DNA from: Holosporales bacterium
GTDB taxonomy: Bacteria; Pseudomonadota; Alphaproteobacteria; UBA3830; JAIRMZ01
Length of the DNA stretch: 40,310 nt
Reading direction: 5' to 3'
Assembly: GCA_031255325.1 (NCBI GenBank)
Contig: JAIRST010000059.1
Location: forward strand, 1-40,310
The notes below the pieces were generated by a model. That model worked only from the letters and a program-made list of their open reading frames with translations, did no database searches and had not been told where the DNA came from. Positions 18,906-25,981 of this stretch are shown piece after piece (position 1 is the stretch's first letter; the number at the start of each line of letters is the position of its first letter). Made by a program: the position numbers and the translations under genes.

Positions 18906-20381
18906 TTAAAAATCAGTTTTTACGCCAATCATGACACGGCTTAGGCTAGCAGAGCCATGCATTTCTGTTTTGCGTTGTCCCCATATATATTCTGTACCAA
19001 TGCGCATATTTTCAAACCCGCTTGGACGCCAATGCAAATTCACGTTCAAAGAGCGTAGCTCTCTATTCACTGGATTCTGTGTCTTCGTTCTACGCAGATA
19101 ATCATGGTTTTTAATGTAGATATACCCAAGCCCTACATCAGACCAGATGGATTTTCCCCAGAAATGCTTGTAGGCAAGCATCCCCCCAACCGTGTGCTGG
19201 GCATGCAATTTGCTGTCTGTGTCTAAGAAAGCTCCTGTCCCGCCGATTTCAAACATATAGCGTCCTCCCCCCCTTCCACCATTAATTTGAGCATTAATCT
19301 CATTATCTTTAAAAATTTTAAGAACGCCGCCGATTCCAGCGACTGCGCCTATAACATCACTCTTTTTTTCAGATTTTTTTGTATGTAAATGACGCAACGC
19401 ACTGCGAAAAGAAAAGTGCCCTTTATCCTGTTTATCAAAAACTACACTAAATCCTATATCTGGACACTGGTCTACGACCAGATTATTAAATGCTTTATTG
19501 CTACTTTGATCTAGACTGTAACGTCCATTAGCCTTGGTAAAATTTGCTTTTCCGTTGGTGTCTAAACATTCTCCTTCTGGGTTTTCTATCGTAGCAATAA
19601 CATGAAGATCATCCCCTACGTGATGCGTATACCGAATCTGCGGCGACCTAAGGGAAACGCCTCCCACAGGAGGGGAAAAATCAACGCCATCAAAAAAAGC
19701 ATTATGGTCACAAAATGCGCCCCAATATTGCCCAATAATAAGAGGACCATACTCTACATACACGTGTCGAACACGCAAAAGAGCTTGGTTTGTCGTATTC
19801 TCTCCCCCTACAAGGTCTTGCGCTCCAAAGAAATCGCACTCTAAAAAAAGACGGACAACAGTATCTTTACCACCCAATTGTGCTGGCGTTAAAGTTTCAA
19901 TACCATAACGTGTTTCTTTTAGGTGTGCCCGCGTAAGATGTTTGTCGTTCCCATATAAAGGAATACTTGTAACATGCATGAGATCATATCCAGCGCCATA
20001 TTCCACAGAATTATTCAGATCATGAATAATTTGCATACGTACCGATGCCCATACTTTCGCATCGGATTTCATTCCAGGAATCAGGAAATATCCCGGACGA
20101 GGTTTCTGTTCCTCATGGACTTTTTGCTCCGATACCGCTTGGTGTGCTTCTAAAGCAGCTAATCGGTTTTTTAGTTTCTGGAGCTCACACTGTACTGCTT
20201 TTTGCTTATGAGGTTGAGAAATATCACATTTCTGGGATTCAGCAGCTTGGTGTGTTTCTAGTGTCTCTAGTTGAGTTTTGAACTCTTGAATTTCGGGTTG
20301 AGTCGTTTCTGCCATAACCGGCGAAAGAAACATCGCAAAGCTAAAGTTTATACTTGCCAACACAATGCCCCATCGACACAT
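18906..20381 (-). CDS. Outer-membrane porin-like beta-barrel with an N-terminal coiled coil (DcaP-like architecture)
   Basis: The ATG at 20381 is preceded by AAGGAGG. The signal peptide is MCRWGIVLASINFSFAMFLSPVMA. A heptad-like repeat LETLETHQAAESQK / LAALEAHQAVSEQK follows. The rest is a long Gly/aromatic-rich barrel region ending in GVKTDF (C-terminal Phe). Confidence 0.7.
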   Translation of the reverse strand: MCRWGIVLASINFSFAMFLSPVMAETTQPEIQEFKTQLETLETHQAAESQKCDISQPHKQKAVQCELQKLKNRLAALEAHQAVSEQKVHEEQKPRPGYFLIPGMKSDAKVWASVRMQIIHDLNNSVEYGAGYDLMHVTSIPLYGNDKHLTRAHLKETRYGIETLTPAQLGGKDTVVRLFLECDFFGAQDLVGGENTTNQALLRVRHVYVEYGPLIIGQYWGAFCDHNAFFDGVDFSPPVGGVSLRSPQIRYTHHVGDDLHVIATIENPEGECLDTNGKANFTKANGRYSLDQSSNKAFNNLVVDQCPDIGFSVVFDKQDKGHFSFRSALRHLHTKKSEKKSDVIGAVAGIGGVLKIFKDNEINAQINGGRGGGRYMFEIGGTGAFLDTDSKLHAQHTVGGMLAYKHFWGKSIWSDVGLGYIYIKNHDYLRRTKTQNPVNRELRSLNVNLHWRPSGFENMRIGTEYIWGQRKTEMHGSASLSRVMIGVKTDF

Positions 20382-20485
20382 ATATCCTCCTTTTTTGCAA
20401 AATAGCGTTTGCATATTAACATTACAAATGTTGAACAATCCTTAAAATCCTATAAAAGTATTAACCTTCAAAATTCCTGAGCCTT

Positions 20486-21226
20486 TTACTTTATCGTAGT
20501 CGCAATAGCGGCTTCTTGGAGGGCTTTTATCGATGTTGTTGCGCTTTCAGCAAGGGATACCATATCGATAAGAGTCTTTTGGGAGAACGTGGTTTTTTCT
20601 CCCGTTACCTGGATTTCGACTAGTGTTCCCGTTCCAGAAAAGACAAAATTTGCATCCACTTCTGCTATACTATCTTCTGCATAGTCTAAATCTAACAGCA
20701 CATGCCCCATAACAACACCACAGGAAATTGCCGTAACAGAGTCCTTAATAGGATAATCTGTTAGAATACCTCTGAATATCGCCTGTTTAAAGCATTGCGC
20801 CATGGCAACATAAGCTCCGCAAATAGAAGCCACACGGGTACCTCCATCGGCTTCGATAACATCGCAATCGATTCTTACTTGGCGTTCTCCTATTTTCTTT
20901 AAGTCAACGCTAGAACGCAGCGCCCGTCCAATCAAACGCTGGATTTCTTGCGACCGTCCCGATGGACGTCCTCGATGCGTCTCGCGATCAACGCGCGGTC
21001 GCGTAGATCCTGGTAAAAGCGCATACTCCGCTGTTATCCAGCCGCTTCCAGATCCCCGTAAAAAGGAAGCGGTGCGCTCTTCTAAAAAAGCGGAACACAA
21101 AACATGCGTTCCTCCAAATTTCACAAGACAACTGCCGTCAGGATGGTTAAGATAGGCGGGAAGAAATTCTATAGGACGCATTGTATGCGGCGCACGATGA
21201 GATGGGCGGATAAATGAGGGATACAT
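20486..21226 (-). CDS. rph: Ribonuclease PH
   Basis: MRPIEF.., GSCLVKFGGTHVLC, GRPSGRSQEIQRLIGRALR and DCDVIEADGGTR are RNase PH signatures. Confidence 0.92.
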   Translation of the reverse strand: MYPSFIRPSHRAPHTMRPIEFLPAYLNHPDGSCLVKFGGTHVLCSAFLEERTASFLRGSGSGWITAEYALLPGSTRPRVDRETHRGRPSGRSQEIQRLIGRALRSSVDLKKIGERQVRIDCDVIEADGGTRVASICGAYVAMAQCFKQAIFRGILTDYPIKDSVTAISCGVVMGHVLLDLDYAEDSIAEVDANFVFSGTGTLVEIQVTGEKTTFSQKTLIDMVSLAESATTSIKALQEAAIATTIK

Positions 21227-21296
21227 ATGATATTACCTTTTTGTTTTGTATTTTATAAAGCTTATTCTTATATAATCTTTCAAGGGAAAAAACAGC

Positions 21297-22361
21297 ATGC
21301 CGCTTTCTGAAAACTTAGATAGGAGAACGCAAGAGATTTTTCGTTGTCTTGTGGACGCTTACCTTGAAACGGGAGAACCCGTCGGATCGCGAACATTGTC
21401 GCATCGATTAGGGCTATCTTTGTCTCCCGCTACAATCCGCAACATTATGGCCGATCTTGAAGAAGCTGGCCTTTTATATGCGCCACATGTTTCCGCAGGG
21501 CGTTTGCCTACGGAGGCGGGGATGGGTTTATTCGTCCATGCCCTTCTCGAGGTTGGTGATATTTCCAAGGAAGAGCAAGAGTATCTGGAACGATTATGTG
21601 TCACAGGAAAGCATTCTCCTACAGAAGCCATTGAGCACGTTACAGCAGCGCTTTCAGGATTATCTGAATGTGCAGGGCTTGTTCTTGCGCCGAAAGTGGA
21701 AGCAGCTTTACATCATATTGAATTCGTTCATTTATCTTCCGGACGCGCCCTCGTTATCCTTGTGATGGAAGACGATACAGTGGAAAATCGTATCATCAAT
21801 GTTCCTCCAGGACTTCCCACCTCTATTTTGACTGAAGCTACGAATTATCTTAACGCGCGCGTTATTGGTAAAACTTTAAAAGAAGCTTGGACATTTGTAA
21901 GAGTTGAGCTTGCAGAATGCAAAGCACAACTTGATGAGCTTACACGCAAACTAGTAGAAGCAGGACTTGCAACACAAACACCCTCAACTTCTCCTCTTAA
22001 TTATGTTGTTGTACGTGGACAAGGAAATTTGCTGCGTCATGTACGTGAGGATGGAGATCTTGTGCATTTACGGCGTCTTTTCTCGATACTGGAAACGCGA
22101 GAAGCGCTTTCCCATCTTTTAGAGGCTACCCTTGCCGGAGAAGGTGTGCAAATCTTTATAGGCATGGAGAATGCCCTCTTTACTTCTTCTGGGTGTTCTG
22201 TAATCGTTTCTCCCTGTGTAGTTGAGAGCTCTAACAGAAAATCTCGTGTTATCGGAGCAGTAGGCGTTGTAGGGCCAACAAGAATGAATTATTCTCGCGT
22301 CATTCCTCTTGTTGATTTTACCTCGCGTGTTGTCGGTCGGTTGTTGGGGGAACAAGGATAA
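21297..22361 (+). CDS. hrcA: Heat-inducible transcription repressor HrcA
   Basis: It has an N-terminal winged-helix region (LDRRTQEIFRCLVDAYLETGEPVGSRTLS), LSPATIRNIMADLEEAGLL and a C-terminal GVVGPTRMNYSRVIPLVDF. Confidence 0.92.
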   Translation: MPLSENLDRRTQEIFRCLVDAYLETGEPVGSRTLSHRLGLSLSPATIRNIMADLEEAGLLYAPHVSAGRLPTEAGMGLFVHALLEVGDISKEEQEYLERLCVTGKHSPTEAIEHVTAALSGLSECAGLVLAPKVEAALHHIEFVHLSSGRALVILVMEDDTVENRIINVPPGLPTSILTEATNYLNARVIGKTLKEAWTFVRVELAECKAQLDELTRKLVEAGLATQTPSTSPLNYVVVRGQGNLLRHVREDGDLVHLRRLFSILETREALSHLLEATLAGEGVQIFIGMENALFTSSGCSVIVSPCVVESSNRKSRVIGAVGVVGPTRMNYSRVIPLVDFTSRVVGRLLGEQG

Positions 22362-22371
22362 GGAGAGGCAA

Positions 22372-22944
22372 ATGGAGAAATGTCATTCAGATCATAAGTG
22401 TCACTGCATGAAAGAGCCTTCGAAAATAAACCAAGAAGCACCCGTTCCAGAGTCGGTAATACCTGTCGAACCGGTTCAGGAGAAAACAGATCAAGAGCAA
22501 TGGGAAGAAGAGAGAACTAAGCTTAAAGACCAGTTACTGCGAAATTTGGCGGATTTAGAGAACTTTCGCAAGCGTGCAGAACGAGAACGTGAAGAAGCCC
22601 TTAAATACGGCGTTACGAAATTTGCAAAGGATTTTTTAACCGTTCTTGATGCGTTTCAGAAAGCGTTGCATGTTTCCGATGAGGCGCCCTCTTCCGTTAT
22701 TTTGGAAGGATTGCGAATTGCTGAAAAAGAATTCTCATCAACGCTTAATCGTCATGGAGTGAAAAGTATTCCTATCCAAAAAGGAGATACGTTTGATCCT
22801 GCCTATCACCAGGCAATGCTTGAGATCGAAACAACGGATTATCCCGCTGGATGCATCGTTGAGATTTTACAAACAGGATATACGCTACAAGAACGCCTCT
22901 TACGCCCTGCTCTTGTAGGTGTCTCTAAAAGCGTGAAACTTTAG
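22372..22944 (+). CDS. grpE: Nucleotide exchange factor GrpE
   Basis: LRNLADLENFRKRAERE and the C-terminal FDPAYHQAM..GYTLQERLLRPALVGV are GrpE motifs. The ATG at 22372 follows AGGAGAGG; the track extension to 22309 overlaps hrcA. Confidence 0.92.
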   Translation: MEKCHSDHKCHCMKEPSKINQEAPVPESVIPVEPVQEKTDQEQWEEERTKLKDQLLRNLADLENFRKRAEREREEALKYGVTKFAKDFLTVLDAFQKALHVSDEAPSSVILEGLRIAEKEFSSTLNRHGVKSIPIQKGDTFDPAYHQAMLEIETTDYPAGCIVEILQTGYTLQERLLRPALVGVSKSVKL

Positions 22945-23143
22945 TGCTCATACTATAAAATGACGCCTGCAGTGGTTTATATGTGTTGTGAACGTTCACG
23001 ATGTGACTTTCAAAAAAGCTTTCTAAGTTTGGTCTGCTTTTATTTTTGGCAATATTCTTTATTGCTCGAATAAGGATTAATTCCTTGTGCTTTATTTTTG
23101 TAAAAATATAACAGTTAAAATTTCAAACAAAGAAAGAAAACAA

Positions 23144-24273
23144 ATGAATATACAATTTCGCATTACAGGACTATTACTGATAGCTTTCTCATGCCAGCAT
23201 TTAATGGGTATGCCTCCTTCAAAACTTAACAAAATTACCGAGACACAATGTGGAAGTGATCCGGGCGAAGGATTAAAGGTATTTTTTAGCAAACAAGATC
23301 AAAACCCCCGTCCTATGTTTATTAGTACCAATCCTGGCGCATGCCTTCCAGTGGTTGAAGATAAAATAAAGAATAAGGGGGAAACAACTTTACAGGATAT
23401 AAGAAGGATTGGTAAATTATCCGCACTTTATAATATTTTGTATGATGGAAGTCGCAATAAGAATGATTTGCTTTTTCTAAGATATCTATTGGCACTTCGT
23501 GGGCAATTAGATTTTAATTCCTTATTCTTGTACAATAAATTGATGGTCTTTGGAGAAGGACAGACGCTTCTCTGTCCTAGTGGAACAGCTCTTGGAAAAA
23601 CGTTTAATGACCATCTGAAGGAGGCACGTTTAAATGCGTCTTCTGGGGGCCGCCCTTATTCACAAGCAGAAAATAATTGGATGAAGAGAGCTGGCATAGT
23701 AGAAAACATACCTATAGAGTACTTCTTCACGCTACGAGAAATAAATCTTATGAAGTGGGATATTAAACCTTTATTGGTTGCTTTTTCATTGAAAAAAATA
23801 GTTTTGATATACCGTCTAAAGATGAGTGTAAAAAGATTGCAGAATATTCTAAGAAGAAGGAAAACTATTCTTTTGTAGAGTCTATACTCGCGTTTTATGC
23901 CCCCTTGTTCCAGGAATGGGAGAATAAAAATGATCAAGAAAATGGAATAAAGGTAGCACATAATGAGTCAGTAATTGAGTATCTGAAAAATAACAAACTT
24001 CCACAGGACAGCCCGAAAATACTATTCACATCACGTTCACTATATTCACTGACTCCATCAAATTCACCTTTAGTACCGCAAAAGGTGGTAGAGAGAGAGG
24101 CTCAACGGAACAGTTCGCCTAAAAGAGAGAATACTCAATGGAACGGTTCGCCTAAAATAGAAAAATCCAACTCAAGTAATAAAATACAAATAGGCAAGTT
24201 GCCATCCGCATCTGATGAAAATGGGTTCAAAACAGCAAATGTTTCCGGTGAGACTAATGGTGCACCTATTTAA
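23144..24273 (+). pseudogene. Orphan exported-protein gene split by a 1-nt frame change at an A7 tract (23792-23798)
   Basis: The frame of 23144 (signal-like MNIQFRITGLLLIAFSCQHLMG) decays into KIVLIYRLKMSVKRLQNILRRRK and stops at 23878. The -1 frame is open from 23767 and reads as normal protein (NSFDIPSKDECKKIAEYSKKKENYSFVESILAFYAPLFQEWENK...) through to 24273. One extra A in gaaaaaaat would fuse both parts into about 376 codons. Confidence 0.6.
23582..23648 (+). repeat. Copy B of the 67-nt segment shared, inverted, with 7111-7177
   Basis: It is identical to the reverse complement of the nlpD-like gene segment at 64 of 67 positions. It encodes GTALGKTFNDHLKEARLNASSG here and GTALGKTLNDRLKEARLNAPSG in the nlpD-like protein. 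Confidence 0.9.
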
Positions 24274-24540
24274 AATAAGCCTTTTCAGTTAAAGGAAAGC
24301 TTTTTCTCTCTTTATCCTCTATTTTAAAACAGTAACAATGCATCCGATAGCGTGTTCTTTTCGTCTACAGATAAATGTTTACTAAGGGAAGAGATCAATA
24401 ATTGCTTCGATATGACTCTTTTTAAGGCGTACATGGAATTAATGCTATCATTAGGAATAAGATCTAACTTATTAAAATTATCTGTGAATAGGAAGGGGTT
24501 TTTCCAAAGAGGTGCGCTTGAGTGTTGGGCATAATGCTCC

Positions 24541-25629
24541 CTAAGAAGTGCTATACACCTTGTTTGCCCGCAGTTGTCCGCAGGCGGCCAAGATATCTTG
24601 ACCGCGCGACCGGCGCCTAAAGCAATCAATACCGCCTTGTGTAAGAATCCTGGAAAAAGTAGCATAAATTTGAGGGGAAGAAGGCGTAAAAGGAGCTCCT
24701 TCCCAAGGATTAAGTGTTAACAAGTTTACTTTCGCAGGAATCCCACGAAGTAAAGAAAGCAGCGCTCGAGCATCGGCTGGACTATCGTTAATGCCTTTTA
24801 ATAAGGCGTATTCGATTGTCACTTTATCGGTACCACTTAAAGCAGGATACATTCGTACAGCCTGCATAAGGTCTTTCAAAGGATAATGTTCATTGATGGG
24901 CATAAGGTCTGATCGTAACGCCTCCGAAGACGCATGCAGAGAAAGAGCCAAAGGAACGCGGCATTCACGTGCAAGGCGTTCGAGCATGGGGGTGATACCA
25001 GACGTTGAGACTGTGATTCTATGCCGAGAAAAAGCCAGCCCATGAGGATCCATAAAGATTTCAAGGACCTTTTTAAGGGCTTCATAATTAAGGAGAGGTT
25101 CGCCCATGCCCATAAAGACAATGTTTTTTAGGCGATGTGTTAGAGGATCTTTCGGCCAATCGTCGATCGCATCTTTAACAGAGAGTACTTGTGCCACTAT
25201 CTCGTATAACGTCAAATTACGGGTATATCCTTGTGTCCCTGTTCGGCAAAAACGACACTGCAAAGCACACCCCACCTGACTGGAAAGACATATCGTTGCG
25301 CGTGTTTCTTCGGGAATAAAAACAGTCTCAATCGCTTCGAAAGTCGTATCGTCCGCGCTATTCTCGGTGTTCTCCAGGCGAAACAACCATTTTTGGGTGC
25401 CATCAGTGGAAGTCTTATTGTATTGTACCGGCAGGCGCTCACAAGAATAAACCTGTTCCAGCTGTTTACGAACAGAAAGAGAAAGGTTCGTCATATCTTT
25501 AAAATATCGTACACCATGCCTGTACATCCATTCCCAGGTCTGGCGAGCTTGCATAGCCGTTAAGTCGTATGCCTTAAAATAACGCATTAGTTCCGCAAAA
25601 GGTAAGCCAATAAGGGACTTTCTTTCCAT
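24541..25629 (-). CDS. rlmN: 23S rRNA/tRNA adenine-C2 methyltransferase RlmN (radical SAM)
   Basis: The radical SAM cluster motif is CALQCRFCRTG. FMGMGEPLLNY, LALSLHA and a C-terminal Cys (ACGQL) are typical of RlmN. Length is 362 aa. Confidence 0.9.
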   Translation of the reverse strand: MERKSLIGLPFAELMRYFKAYDLTAMQARQTWEWMYRHGVRYFKDMTNLSLSVRKQLEQVYSCERLPVQYNKTSTDGTQKWLFRLENTENSADDTTFEAIETVFIPEETRATICLSSQVGCALQCRFCRTGTQGYTRNLTLYEIVAQVLSVKDAIDDWPKDPLTHRLKNIVFMGMGEPLLNYEALKKVLEIFMDPHGLAFSRHRITVSTSGITPMLERLARECRVPLALSLHASSEALRSDLMPINEHYPLKDLMQAVRMYPALSGTDKVTIEYALLKGINDSPADARALLSLLRGIPAKVNLLTLNPWEGAPFTPSSPQIYATFSRILTQGGIDCFRRRSRGQDILAACGQLRANKVYSTS

Positions 25630-25937
25630 TGCTATCCTCTATTCAGCTTAAAATTCAGCTTTTCAAAGATACCTCTTTTTGAGGTAGAAAGACATTTTAT
25701 TGAAATATAAAATATGCTGGAAATTATAAATATGAGAATTGATAAATAAGGATACAATTTGAGGGATGGAAAGACCTTGTGCTTTTGTATGAAGCCTCAT
25801 CTCTTCCATGACCAGCTTCTCGAACCACTTATGTATGTTTCTGCTGATGAAGGACGCTGAAAAGCCCTGGCGTAAGGCAAAAATATTTCTTTTTAAGAGG
25901 CCTGTTTAAAAGAAGTGTTGCCCCTTACAGAAATAAT

Positions 25938-25961
25938 CCCCTCTTGAAAAAACAAGAGAGG
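25938..25961 (-). terminator. Hairpin downstream of the 741-aa orphan ORF (weak terminator candidate)
   Basis: cccctcttg / aaaaaa / caagagagg forms a 9-bp stem with one mismatch. It lies 21 nt after the stop at 25982. The U-tract is poor on the minus strand, so this is tentative. Confidence 0.3.
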
Positions 25962-25981
25962 AATTTTTCTTGAAGAGATTC

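Noticed and set aside
18785-18934. A 49-codon + ORF whose start (MTTLEDALSLLSNSLPYRTEP) faintly resembles the N-terminus of MoeA-type molybdopterin molybdenumtransferase.
   Set aside because: Only about 20 residues are loosely similar. The remainder is basic residues that do not look like real protein and overlaps the porin 3' end. This is too weak to call a relic.
20382-20438. N-terminal extensions of track ORFs: 20382-20438, 31200-31361, 34432-34509, 39378-39587, 22309-22371, 9972-9983 and 23087-23143.
   Set aside because: In each case an internal start with a clear RBS and a homologous or signal-peptide N-terminus exists. The extension also overlaps the neighbouring gene or relic.
22941-22949. 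TTAGTGCTC overlapping the grpE stop resembles the left half of the HrcA operator CIRCE (TTAGCACTC-N9-GAGTGCTAA).
   Set aside because: No matching right half-site lies 9 nt downstream, and there is one mismatch in the half-site. I found no CIRCE in the rph-hrcA spacer either.
24324-24665. A 113-aa minus-strand ORF spanning the rlmN 3' end and the downstream spacer, plus the 60-aa + strand ORF at 24352-24534.
   Set aside because: The upstream third overlaps rlmN out of frame. There is no RBS and no motif, and the two candidates are mutually antisense. Neither can be supported.
25663-25905. An 80-codon open frame on the minus strand between the 741-aa orphan and rlmN (..FALRQGFSASFISRNIHKWFEKLVMEEMRLHTKAQGLSIPQIV..). 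There is also a tandem attcagctt-aaa-attcagctt at 25641-25661.
   Set aside because: The first ATG leaves only 48 codons. The tail is A/T-driven low complexity and no motif is recognised. The 9-mer duplication is too short to interpret.
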